Shown here one piece after another: positions 29,748-39,038 of a stretch of DNA of 64,000 bases. A model generated the notes under the pieces. The model was not told where the DNA came from and did no database searches. It saw only the letters and a program-made list of their open reading frames with translations. Every line of letters begins with the position of its first letter. Position 1 is the stretch's first letter. The stretch is from positions 32,001 to 96,000 of the forward strand of contig JAXMOL010000003.1 in the NCBI GenBank assembly GCA_034669905.1. The letters run 5' to 3'. This stretch comes from Candidatus Hydrogenedentota bacterium. Its GTDB lineage: Bacteria > Hydrogenedentota > Hydrogenedentia > Hydrogenedentales > JAEUWI01. Made by a program: the position numbers and the translations under genes.

Positions 29748-30092
29748 TGGAAAACTCCTTCGATAGGGTGAAAACACCCCGTCCCCGCGCCCCGGGGCAG
29801 GTTGCATTTTCCCGACATGGGAGTGGCGCAACCGCCGACTTATCCGGGGAATAGTAAAACATGCCCCATGTGTCAGGGCAAGAAAAGTCTGGGGTAGGCG
29901 GCGGGCCATGGGGCCGCGCGCCGCACCGGGCCGGGTGGAGCTAATCTGTCCGTGGGCATTACGCCTGTCCGAATAAATGTGGTATTGTACAGAGGACAGC
30001 AGGGACGGGCATTGGCCCCACGGCCAAGTGTTCGAAGGAGTGCGTCTTTCCCGCCTTCAAGCGGGCAATACGACGGAACAGGAGCAGACACC

Positions 30093-31175
30093 ATGGCCAT
30101 GTCGGTGGACGAATTGATGCAAGGGGCTATCGATAGGAATGCCTCGGATATACACCTGAAAGAAGGCAATCCGCCCATATTCCGGGTCGATGGGGCCCTG
30201 GTGCGTGTCGAAGACCAAGATCCCCTGACAGAAGAGGATCTCCAGACCATCTTGCAGGCCATTGCGTCCCCAACGGATATTGCCAAGTTTCAAAAGGTGA
30301 TGGAGTTGGACAACTCCTACTTTTTCGAAGGCAAGGCCCGTTTCCGTATCAACTGCTGTAAAGATGATGGGGATACGCGCATCGTCATGCGGCTTATTCC
30401 CCTGGAAATCAAGACCATTGAAGAGTTGCAGCTGCCGCCCGTTCTGAAAAAGCTCTGCGTTCTGAAGAATGGCCTGGTCCTGGTCACGGGGCCCACCGGT
30501 AGTGGTAAATCCACATCCCTGGCGGCCCTGATTAATGACATCAATACCAACCGCCCCGACCACATCGTGACGGTAGAAGATCCCGTGGAGTTCTTGCACC
30601 GGGACAAAATGGCCATCGTAACGCAACGGGAAATCGGTCACGACACCTTGTCTTTCGCCAATGCCCTCCGCGGTGCGCTGCGACAGGACCCCGATGTGAT
30701 TCTAATCGGCGAAATGCGTGATGCGGAGACCGTGCGCACGGCCCTGGCGTCGGCGGAGACCGGTCACCTGGTGTTCTCGACCTTGCACACCGTGGATGCC
30801 GTCGAAACACTTAACCGTGTCATCGACTTTTTCGAACCCCACCAGCAAATTCAGATTCGGAAGCAGCTGTCCTCGGTATTGCGGGGCGTCATCTCCCAGC
30901 GTATCGTGCCACTGGCCGAAGGTACGGGCCGCTGTGTTGCCGCAGAAATCCTGCTTGGCACCCGCACCGTACGGGACTTTATCGAAAAAGGTAAGTCCTT
31001 TAAAGACATTGTGGGCCTTATTGAAGAGGGCAATGAACAGTACGGCATGCAGACCTTTGACCAGGCGCTGTATACCCACTGGAAAGAAAAGCGGATTACG
31101 GCAGAGGTCGCACTGGCCAATGCCACGAGTTCCAAGGATCTTAAACTGCGAATGCAGGGGATGGCGGTCAATTAG
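30093..31175 (+). CDS. pilT: PilT/PilU family pilus retraction ATPase
   Basis: ASDIHL, Walker A GPTGSGKST, EDPVE, LRQDPDVILIGEMRD, ETGHLVFSTLHT, GMQTFDQ. Confidence 0.92.
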   Translation: MAMSVDELMQGAIDRNASDIHLKEGNPPIFRVDGALVRVEDQDPLTEEDLQTILQAIASPTDIAKFQKVMELDNSYFFEGKARFRINCCKDDGDTRIVMRLIPLEIKTIEELQLPPVLKKLCVLKNGLVLVTGPTGSGKSTSLAALINDINTNRPDHIVTVEDPVEFLHRDKMAIVTQREIGHDTLSFANALRGALRQDPDVILIGEMRDAETVRTALASAETGHLVFSTLHTVDAVETLNRVIDFFEPHQQIQIRKQLSSVLRGVISQRIVPLAEGTGRCVAAEILLGTRTVRDFIEKGKSFKDIVGLIEEGNEQYGMQTFDQALYTHWKEKRITAEVALANATSSKDLKLRMQGMAVN

Positions 31176-31176
31176 T

Positions 31177-32151
31177 ATGGGTTTCCGGTGGCGTGTTGGG
31201 TTAATGGCAACGGTGGTCGGTGCCGTGATTTTTCCGGCCGCGGCGATGAATCTTCTGGCCAATCCGGGTTTTGAGTCCCGCTCGGCGGACCAGCCTGATC
31301 GGTGGGATTTCTTTGTCCAGCCCAAACCCGGGGCGGTGGCTCGCCTGGATAACACGGCCCATACCGGTGAGTTTTCCGTGTGGCTTCATACGCCCACCCC
31401 CTACGAAAAAGAACCCGTCAACAATTGGAGCCAGAATATCATCGCGGATTTCGGCGGAGAGACGCTCCGGGTTTCGGGGTTTATTCGGGTGGCCGAAGCG
31501 AAAGAAGCGGCCCTCTGGTTGCAATGCTGGCGCAAAAGTCCCTGGGGTGTGTTGGCCGCGGCCAGCACCAGCATCGATATGCCGGTTTACGGTACCGCCG
31601 ATTGGCAAGAAGTCACGATGGACGTCGACGTGCCGGAAGGGACGAACTTCGTCACCCTGCGTTGCGTGCTCCTGGGCACGGGGTCGGCCTGGTTTGACGA
31701 TATTTCGGTGACCCGCGTCGTAGACGTGGTGGCGGAAGAGGCCTCCCCCGAGGAACCCGAGAAAGATCCCACGGAGACCGCCACCCCGGTGGCCGAAGAA
31801 ACTTCGGAAACGAACGGGACGGCGACGAAATCCGCCGCGGTAGAGCGGGAAGTTCCGGACACGCCGTCAGACGATGCCGTCCGGCAGGAGGCGGTGGTCA
31901 TGCCCGTGATGGACAAGATTGAAGAGGAAGTCCGTCGTTTGCGGGATGCCAATCTCCTGCTCACCGATACGCTGGAAAAAATTCAGGAAGTGAATCAAGG
32001 TCTTGTGAATGAGATGCTGGCGGTCCAGGCCGAGTTGCGCGCCCTCAAGGAAGAAGAAGCCCATGCGACTGCGCCGACCCTGGAAGGGAACGCACCCCGG
32101 GTGCCCCCCCTCATTCCCCTGAGCGAAGCGCAGGGAGCCTCTGCCCCATGA
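31177..32151 (+). CDS. Secreted protein: CBM4/9-like (galactose-binding fold) domain, acidic linker, C-terminal coiled coil
   Basis: Signal peptide, NLLANPGFE...GTADWQ...GTGSAWFDDI, heptads MDKIEEEVRRLRDAN...LRALKEE. Confidence 0.7.
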   Translation: MGFRWRVGLMATVVGAVIFPAAAMNLLANPGFESRSADQPDRWDFFVQPKPGAVARLDNTAHTGEFSVWLHTPTPYEKEPVNNWSQNIIADFGGETLRVSGFIRVAEAKEAALWLQCWRKSPWGVLAAASTSIDMPVYGTADWQEVTMDVDVPEGTNFVTLRCVLLGTGSAWFDDISVTRVVDVVAEEASPEEPEKDPTETATPVAEETSETNGTATKSAAVEREVPDTPSDDAVRQEAVVMPVMDKIEEEVRRLRDANLLLTDTLEKIQEVNQGLVNEMLAVQAELRALKEEEAHATAPTLEGNAPRVPPLIPLSEAQGASAP

Positions 32152-32345
32152 GTCAGGGAGTCTTGATTGTGCTCGCTTCTCTCGTGATGGGGGTTTTCGG
32201 TGCCTTTGCCACCTGGCTTTTCATTGATTTTTCAGAAGTGGCGGGTAAGTATCTGAAAGCGCGAAAAGAGCGCAAGCGTTTGGAGGCCGAGGCCAAGGCC
32301 CTGTTGGCCGCCGAGTCGGAGGAAGCCAAAGGCGACGGGACCTGA
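32148..32345 (+). CDS. Small single-TM protein (65 aa)
   Basis: N-terminal hydrophobic helix and charged tail; ATGA overlap with the upstream stop. Confidence 0.65.
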   Translation: MSQGVLIVLASLVMGVFGAFATWLFIDFSEVAGKYLKARKERKRLEAEAKALLAAESEEAKGDGT

Positions 32346-32377
32346 GCGGACCCGCGCTTCCCGGTGGAAACGTCATT

Positions 32378-32560
32378 ATGTCGGAAAAACATGCCCGCCC
32401 CTACATTGGGGTTCACTTCAAATGCTGCAACGTCTACACCCGGATCTATCTTAATCGTCTGGGGACCGCCTATTTCGGACATTGCCCCCGCTGTACCCGA
32501 TCACTAACCGTCAAAGTCTCCGAAGGGGGCTCCAAGGCAAAGTTCTGGAACGCCGAATGA
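32378..32560 (+). CDS. Small zinc-ribbon-like protein (60 aa)
   Basis: GVHFKCCNVYTRIY...GHCPRC (CC and CxxC). Confidence 0.75.
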   Translation: MSEKHARPYIGVHFKCCNVYTRIYLNRLGTAYFGHCPRCTRSLTVKVSEGGSKAKFWNAE

Positions 32561-32708
32561 GCTGAGCACCCCTGCCAACATCCTCCAGCCGCCATCCCCA
32601 CCGCGCCGTGGTCATGGTATGCATGGCGCGGGGTCTGCTAGTATCGACGGCAGTGACGCACCAGCACATGGAATCGCTGGGAACCTGCGCCCATCCTTAG
32701 AAAAGCAC

Positions 32709-33989
32709 ATGTCAAAAGAAAAGAACGAAATAAAGGACGCCCTGAGTCCGGCAGAAGAGCTGCGCCAATTGCAGCGGGCCCTCGATCTGCGTGAGCGGGT
32801 CATGGAGGCCTCGCACGAAGGTATCGTGGTGCTCGATGTGCTGGCCCCAGACAATCCCATTGTCTACGTCAACGCCGGTTTCGAGCGCCAAACGGGCTAT
32901 CACCGGGATGAAGTGCTCCATAAGAGCGCCCGCTTTATCCATGGTCCGGAAACGGATCCGGGTACCCTGGCGCGCATTCGCGCCGCGATTGACGACCGAC
33001 GTCCCTACACCACCGAGGTGCTGAGTTACCGGAAAGACGGTACGCCCTTCTGGAATCGGATATCGCTGAGCCCCATCGAAAATCGGGAAGGCGAGATTAC
33101 CCACTTCGTTGCCATCCAATCCGACGTGAGTTCCCGGATCCAATCCAACACCGATGTGCAGACCGCCCTCGAGTTACTCGAAAAAACCAACGTTCAATTG
33201 ACCCGCATTAACCGGCGGATGAAGAAGAATCTGGAAACAGCAGCCCAGGTGCAGCAAGCCATGTTGCCGGAACACTTGCCGCGGGTGAAGGGTGTCGAGT
33301 TTGCCTGGAAGTTCCGGCCCTGCGATGAGCTCGCCGGCGATATTCTCAATGTGTTCCGCATCAACCGGAAGACGGTGGGACTCTATCTGCTCGACGTGTC
33401 GGGCCACGGTACGGCTGCGGCCCTGCTCGCCGTGTCCATCAGTCGCATGCTTTCACCCAAGGCCCTGGCCTCGTCGCTGGTGCGCGAAGAGGATGTGGAA
33501 GCCGCCGACTACAAGGTGGTGCCCCCTGCGCGGGTGGCCGAACAGTTAAACGCCCATTTCCCCTGGGATCCCGAGGTGGGGCAGTTTTTTACACTCATCT
33601 ATGGCGTGCTTGATACCGAGGCCCTGAGCTTTCGCTACGTATCGGCAGGGCACCCCGGCCCGGCGGTCTTTCCGTGCGGTGGGGAACCCTATATCCCCCG
33701 GAGCAGCGGCATGCCGGTGGGGCTGGCGAACGAGCCCTATGAAGAACACCATATCCAATTGGCTTCCGGCGATCGGATGCATTTGTACTCCGACGGAGTC
33801 ACCGAGGCCATGAATCGGAAGCGGGAACTCTTCGGCGTGCCCCGCTTGTTAGAGAGCCTGGGGCGCAACGGGGATCAACCACTGGCGGCCTGCCATGACC
33901 GGCTTATGGCCGACCTGGAAGCCTTTCGTGGTGGTACCCGCTTTAACGATGATATCTCCATGCTGTCGGTGGAAGTCACCCGGCGATAA
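32709..33989 (+). CDS. PAS (LOV-like) + coiled coil + SpoIIE/PP2C phosphatase (RsbU/RsbP-like)
   Basis: DNPIVYVNAGFERQTGY...RKDGTPFWN...FVAIQSDV; AGD, DVSGHG, YSDGVTEA, DDISML. Confidence 0.9.
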   Translation: MSKEKNEIKDALSPAEELRQLQRALDLRERVMEASHEGIVVLDVLAPDNPIVYVNAGFERQTGYHRDEVLHKSARFIHGPETDPGTLARIRAAIDDRRPYTTEVLSYRKDGTPFWNRISLSPIENREGEITHFVAIQSDVSSRIQSNTDVQTALELLEKTNVQLTRINRRMKKNLETAAQVQQAMLPEHLPRVKGVEFAWKFRPCDELAGDILNVFRINRKTVGLYLLDVSGHGTAAALLAVSISRMLSPKALASSLVREEDVEAADYKVVPPARVAEQLNAHFPWDPEVGQFFTLIYGVLDTEALSFRYVSAGHPGPAVFPCGGEPYIPRSSGMPVGLANEPYEEHHIQLASGDRMHLYSDGVTEAMNRKRELFGVPRLLESLGRNGDQPLAACHDRLMADLEAFRGGTRFNDDISMLSVEVTRR

Positions 33990-34305
33990 GGCAGGCGGGG
34001 GACGGCCCCGTGCCACGCGATGCCGAGTTCTACGAGGTTTCGTGTGCGTGGAGCGAGGAACGCGTTGGGCCATCGGCAGGGTAGGATTCGGGCGTCTTGC
34101 CGTCCCGGAGATGCTGGGCAGGAGGGGGACGGCCCCGACTTTCGAATGGGCTACCCCTTTCCACCGCTGCGTGTTTCGCCAAGACGTCAACTACCCACCT
34201 TCACCAACATGTCGTCGGTGCGGTCCCCGCGCAGCTATGGAGCGCCGGCGGCCCGCCAGCACAGGGCGTGTCGCCCACTCCATCCCTGTAGTCGGTGTCG
34301 TCCCC
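33990..34305. repeat. BIME-like mosaic of short REP units
   Basis: GGCAGG(C/A)GGGGGACGGCCCCG at 33990 and 34117; inverted imperfect copies GTCGGTGCGGTCCCC (34214) and GTCGGTGTCGTCCCC (34291); ATGGAGCGCCGGCGGCCCGCC unit near 34237. Confidence 0.65.
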
Positions 34306-34308
34306 AAT

Positions 34309-34349
34309 AAAAACGCCCCCGAACGACCGGGTCGTTCGGGGGCGTGTTT
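34309..34349. terminator. Bidirectional rho-independent terminator
   Basis: 15-bp stem ACGCCCCCGAACGAC / GTCGTTCGGGGGCGT flanked by A and T runs. Confidence 0.85.
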
Positions 34350-34368
34350 CGTTAGCGGTGTTTGGCTA

Positions 34369-36078
34369 TCAGGCGCCCCACTGGGACATGCTGAAGACGA
34401 ACCAGATCATGGCGCCCACGCACAGCCAGAAGAAGACAAAGCCGCCCATGCCAATCAGACTCGGTACGGGGAACTCCATATCCGGGTGATTGATAAGCTT
34501 GCGCGGTTTCACGGGCTCCACGCCTTCGGGAAGCATGAAGGGTTCCGGCGCGTGGGGCTCTTCGGCGTTAACCGGCGTGTGAAGGCACTGGTAAAAGCGA
34601 TCCAGGCGCGACTTTTCGACGCGGGGCGTCAGGAGGCTCACGACGATGCAGAGGCCAAAGCCCGTGCTCAGGTAGCAGGCCATCTGGCACCACACCCGGA
34701 ACTCACCCTCCCAGAGGAAGAAGTCGGGCAGGGTGTTGGCGGCCCAGGTGTGGAAGAAGGGGAGGTTGGTGAACCACATGACGGCGAAGGCACCCAGCGT
34801 GCCCGCCCAGGCACCCCAGGAATTGGCGCGACGCCAGTAGAGGCCTACCCAGAAGGCACCGGTCATCATGCCCTGAATCTTCCAGAAGGTTTCCAGTCCC
34901 TTTGGAATATCTTCCACGGAATAGGCGAACCAGACACTGAAGCAGACGATGAAGAAGCCAACGACGCGGCCCACCAGGACGTAGTGGCTCTCTTCCTTGT
35001 CCTTCGCGAAGTAGCGTCGGTAGATATTCTGTGTGACCAGGCCCGCCGAGGAAACCATGAAGGCGTCGCAGGAGGACATGACCGAAGCGAGCAGGGCGGC
35101 CAGGAAAATACCCACGAGGCCGGGCATCACGAGGGGCAGCAATTCGCCGGCCATCCGCCCGTAAACCTGGTCTGGCTCGACCTGGACGTCGCCGCCGTTA
35201 TTCATGAAATACACCACGCCGCACAATCCGGTGAGCATCCACGCCACCGTACAGATCCGCTTGAGCAGGTTACCAGCGGCAAAGCCAACCCGGCCATCCA
35301 TCTCGGTCTTACCCGCAGCGCAGACCCCCATGATATGGGGCTGGGTCACAATACCCAGGGCGGCGTTGAGGGCGAAGATTGCGATGTGCCAGGCATTGAT
35401 TTCACCGGGGGCCACCAGGCTGAACATGTGTTCGTCGGTGATGGACTCGTGCAGTCCCGCGAAACCACCCACCGCTTTCAGGGCGAAGGGGAGAATCATG
35501 AAGGAAAGGATGACGGTCAGGATACCCTGCACCAGGTCGGTGACGATAGCAGCGGCAAGACCGCCCGCCATGCCGTAGGCCACGAATAGAATCGTCATGA
35601 CGATGACCGCGATATCCGCGTCAATCGCACCGCCGGAAATGGCCTCGATAACCTTGGCCGAGCCCAGCAGCATGACGCCAATATTCACCGTGAGCTGCAT
35701 GACGCCCACGACTGTATAGAGGGCACCCACGCTGTTGCTGTAGCGGTACTCGAAATAGTCACCGGTGGTGATGGCGCGCATCCGGCGGAAGGCCGGGGCA
35801 ATAAGCCAGTAAAAGGGGGTGGCAAAGAGCCAGAGCCACTGATACCAGATACCGGAAAGGCCATTGGTGTAGGTCTTCGACGCCACGCCCACGGCCTGGT
35901 TGCCATTGGTGCCCGCACCGAAGGCGAAAAAGGTCATGGAGACCTTGCCGAATCCACGGCCTCCCATAAAAAAGTCGGCCGTGTCTTTGATTTTGCTCGC
36001 AGTCCAGAGGCCGATTCCGGTTACGACGACGAGATAGGCGGCCAAAGCCAGCCAATCCCACAGGTTAATCCCCAGCAT
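34369..36078 (-). CDS. Sodium:solute symporter (SSS family)
   Basis: DFFMGGRGFG, TTGDYFEYRY, GGLAAAIVTDLVQG, LASVMSS, about 13 TMs, GGAGGAG RBS. Confidence 0.92.
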   Translation of the reverse strand: MLGINLWDWLALAAYLVVVTGIGLWTASKIKDTADFFMGGRGFGKVSMTFFAFGAGTNGNQAVGVASKTYTNGLSGIWYQWLWLFATPFYWLIAPAFRRMRAITTGDYFEYRYSNSVGALYTVVGVMQLTVNIGVMLLGSAKVIEAISGGAIDADIAVIVMTILFVAYGMAGGLAAAIVTDLVQGILTVILSFMILPFALKAVGGFAGLHESITDEHMFSLVAPGEINAWHIAIFALNAALGIVTQPHIMGVCAAGKTEMDGRVGFAAGNLLKRICTVAWMLTGLCGVVYFMNNGGDVQVEPDQVYGRMAGELLPLVMPGLVGIFLAALLASVMSSCDAFMVSSAGLVTQNIYRRYFAKDKEESHYVLVGRVVGFFIVCFSVWFAYSVEDIPKGLETFWKIQGMMTGAFWVGLYWRRANSWGAWAGTLGAFAVMWFTNLPFFHTWAANTLPDFFLWEGEFRVWCQMACYLSTGFGLCIVVSLLTPRVEKSRLDRFYQCLHTPVNAEEPHAPEPFMLPEGVEPVKPRKLINHPDMEFPVPSLIGMGGFVFFWLCVGAMIWFVFSMSQWGA

Positions 36079-36297
36079 GATTCTCCTCCACACGGTTTAA
36101 GGATCAATTCGAACAGATCCGCCTATAGTAGTTCATGGAGGGGCCAGACTGTCAACCTGTCGAATCAGGTCCCATGCGCCATTCTCCGGGAAGGTGGCCC
36201 TACAATAGGGAATGGCTTGCGGCCCATCATGGCCGTGGGCTATGGTGACACGGTCCCGCGGGGGCGTGTCATGGTCCAACCAGTGAGCGATTTTCAC

Positions 36298-37968
36298 ATG
36301 CGATTCAGTGGAACAATTTTCCTGTTGTCAATGGCTTTTATCCTCCTCCTTTCCTTCGCCTGGTTTATGAATCCCGACGGCGGGGGCGATGTCGGGGGCG
36401 TGGCCGATGTGCAGGGGAGCGAAGCGGCCAGCAGTCTGGACCAGATTCTCTCCGGAGACTTCAAACGAACCCCGAAAAAAAACGTGGCCCTGGGCACGGG
36501 GCGTCTTCGTGGGGTCGTGCGCGACCAATCCGGTGCACAGGTGGTGGGCGCGACGGTGCAGGTAAAGCCCATCGATCCCGAGGTCAATGTGACAGACCCG
36601 GCACAGGAAATCCGCCATTATTGGGAAGGGAGCTCGGGAGCGGGCGGGGCCTTTGAATTTCGTACGCTGCCAGCGGGGACCTTTATTGTCTCGGCAACCG
36701 CGGGGGGACGGCTGGCCATTGCCCAGACCGAGGTGAGCGATCCTGGCGTTTACCAGGAGCTGGAGTTGGTGTTGGCGGAGCGGGTGACCCGCCGTGGCAA
36801 GGTCTCGGACTCGGAGGGCGCGCCTGTCGCTGCGGCCCGTATCGTGCCGTTGCACGCACCCGATTGGCTGGGCGATTCTCAACCGTATCGCCACATCGCG
36901 GTACAAAGCAATGAGGCGGGCGACTTTGTCCATCCCTTGTTGCCCGAGGGTACGTGGGACGTGCTGGTGCTTGCCCGTGACTTTGCCCCCCAGCGTGTAA
37001 CCCTGCAAGCCGATCGGGCCACCCAGGTGACCCTCGGCGCCGGAGAAGCGCTGCAGGGCCGTCTGGTCCGGGCGAAAGATGGCCGACCGCTGAATAATAC
37101 CCGCGTGGTGGTTCGCGCCACCGATGAGGGAGGCGAATCCTACGCCCTCCGCAGCAATGGACAGGGCTTCTTCAGTTTCCGCGGGCTCCGTGCAACCGCC
37201 TATACGGTGTTCCTCGATTCCGATCGCTATGTGGCCACTTCCGGAGTGGAGGTACAGGACACCGCAGCCACCCAGTCGGCACCCGACGCGGCAGCCCGGC
37301 GCAATGTGCAGGTGGACCCGGTGACGGGCGTGACCACCGCGCCTGCCGCGTCAACGGAGCTGCCCGAAATTGCTGTGGGAAGCCCCACCAGCGAAGGCGA
37401 TGGTGTGACGTTGGTGGCCCACCCCACGGGCTCCATTCGTGGTCGTGTGCTCGAATCCCATGCCGATTATGGGGTGCCCGGCGTGCGGGTGGAAGCCTTT
37501 GCGCTGGATGCCGATAGGTTGGTCGCCACGGCGACCACGGATCAGGCTGGCTATTATCACCTGAAAGGGCTTGTTGAAGGGGGGTATCGCCTGGCCGTGC
37601 CGGGGACTCCCGCACAGGTCTTTCGCAGTGAAGAAGCCCCGGAAGTCACCGTTGTGGAGGGGAATCAGGCCCCGGGGATAACGTTTCGTGGGGTGGAGGG
37701 CACGGAACTATGGGGCCGTGTGGTCGACGCTTACGGTGAGGGCGTGGCCGAAGTGAATGTCTACCTGAATCGGGTGGCTTACCCCGGGGCGACCAGCGGA
37801 GTGGTTACCGATGCCGACGGTCAGTTCGTGCTAAGGGGTGTCCACGGCGCGGAGCAGGTCACTATTCGGGCCGAAAAAATGGGCGCCCTGTCCGAAGTCT
37901 TTGGGCCGGTTACCGTGGGCAGTGGGGGGCTGCAGGGAATTCTCCTGCGGCTGGGGGAACCCTCCTGA
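36298..37968 (+). CDS. Membrane-anchored protein with repeated carboxypeptidase-regulatory-like (transthyretin-fold) domains
   Basis: Repeats of (L/I)xGxVxD..G.P(V/L)xGA...TD..G.F. Confidence 0.8.
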   Translation: MRFSGTIFLLSMAFILLLSFAWFMNPDGGGDVGGVADVQGSEAASSLDQILSGDFKRTPKKNVALGTGRLRGVVRDQSGAQVVGATVQVKPIDPEVNVTDPAQEIRHYWEGSSGAGGAFEFRTLPAGTFIVSATAGGRLAIAQTEVSDPGVYQELELVLAERVTRRGKVSDSEGAPVAAARIVPLHAPDWLGDSQPYRHIAVQSNEAGDFVHPLLPEGTWDVLVLARDFAPQRVTLQADRATQVTLGAGEALQGRLVRAKDGRPLNNTRVVVRATDEGGESYALRSNGQGFFSFRGLRATAYTVFLDSDRYVATSGVEVQDTAATQSAPDAAARRNVQVDPVTGVTTAPAASTELPEIAVGSPTSEGDGVTLVAHPTGSIRGRVLESHADYGVPGVRVEAFALDADRLVATATTDQAGYYHLKGLVEGGYRLAVPGTPAQVFRSEEAPEVTVVEGNQAPGITFRGVEGTELWGRVVDAYGEGVAEVNVYLNRVAYPGATSGVVTDADGQFVLRGVHGAEQVTIRAEKMGALSEVFGPVTVGSGGLQGILLRLGEPS

Positions 37969-37988
37969 TGGGCAGGGTCCCAACGACC

Positions 37989-38513
37989 TCAGCAAATACC
38001 GCCATGCTCCGAGAGCTCTTCCACCAGGTCGTCGTAGCCCATTAACAAGGCCATGGCCATCGGGGTCAGCTTGCCGGTATAGCTTTCACGCTGGTTTACC
38101 TCTGCACCGCATTCTATGAGGAGTTCGGCCAGATCGGTGCGCCCATTCAGGGCGATCAGGTGGAGGGGAGTCAATCCCTGATTGTTCTCTTCATTGATGT
38201 CCGCCCCTTCGGAAATCAACTGCCGGGCCCGCTCAACATCGCCGTTGCGCGTCGCTTCGTGCAGTGGAGAATCCAAGACGGGATGGGCAGGCGCCACGTT
38301 TTCCTTCGGGTCAATCATGCGATAAACCGAGTGGCTCATACCCCAATAGGCATCGCCATCAGGGGGAGAAGTATCCACCGTGCCCTGGGCCGCCGCTTCC
38401 TTGCGTTCCTGGCTCAGGAGCATTTCGGCGAGCACCGTGTAGCCACTCTTGCGCGCACGGGTGGTTGGTGTTTCGCCATGCTTGTCCATCGTATACATCC
38501 AGGGATGGTCCAT
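37989..38513 (-). CDS. Ankyrin repeat protein
   Basis: SPLHEATRNGD...GADIN, TPLHLIALNG...GAEVN, TPMAMA; AGGAG RBS. Confidence 0.88.
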   Translation of the reverse strand: MDHPWMYTMDKHGETPTTRARKSGYTVLAEMLLSQERKEAAAQGTVDTSPPDGDAYWGMSHSVYRMIDPKENVAPAHPVLDSPLHEATRNGDVERARQLISEGADINEENNQGLTPLHLIALNGRTDLAELLIECGAEVNQRESYTGKLTPMAMALLMGYDDLVEELSEHGGIC

Positions 38514-38582
38514 AGGGGGATTGGCTCCTGTATCTTCAAACGGTTATTCAACCGGGTTTCTATCCATAGTGTGGGTTAGAAA

Positions 38583-38598
38583 AGCAAGTATTGTGCCG
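38583..38598 (-). promoter_or_regulatory. sigma54 (-24/-12) promoter for the ankyrin gene
   Basis: Minus strand reads CGGCAC-AATAC-TTGCT, with exact GG-N10-GC spacing, 70 bp upstream of the ATG. Confidence 0.75.
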
Positions 38599-39038
38599 AC
38601 TATCCGGTGCACCAAGAGAGAAGATCTCGTTTTGATAACCTGTTTCATAGAAATGGGTTACATAATGTAATAGGTACTTAACATTTTTGTGCGGCCGCCC
38701 AAAAACTGTCAAAAACTATCAGCCTCGCCAAATTCTATTTACATTTGACTACAATTTGACAAGCCCTCCCACACCAAGAGGTGGGGAAATTCTAATCCTT
38801 CCAATACGTACTGTCAATTTTTTCAACGTGTTGGGAAATTCCTTCCTACCACGGTTTAACGTCCTGTAGCGGATGGCTGTTGACGGTCATGCATGTGCCA
38901 ATGTGGTGAGATTCATCTTTCGTCGGCATTTAGGATATACTGACGGTGGCAGAAAATAATTGTCAGATAACGGGTAGTCGCACTTTGCCTGGACTGCCCG
39001 ATCGGGTTACGAAGCGGACTACGAGAGTGGAGTTGACT

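Noticed and set aside
38600..38870. Replication origin (AT-rich region)
   Set aside because: No DnaA boxes (TTATCCACA) and no dnaA context; better explained as a sigma54 promoter/enhancer region.
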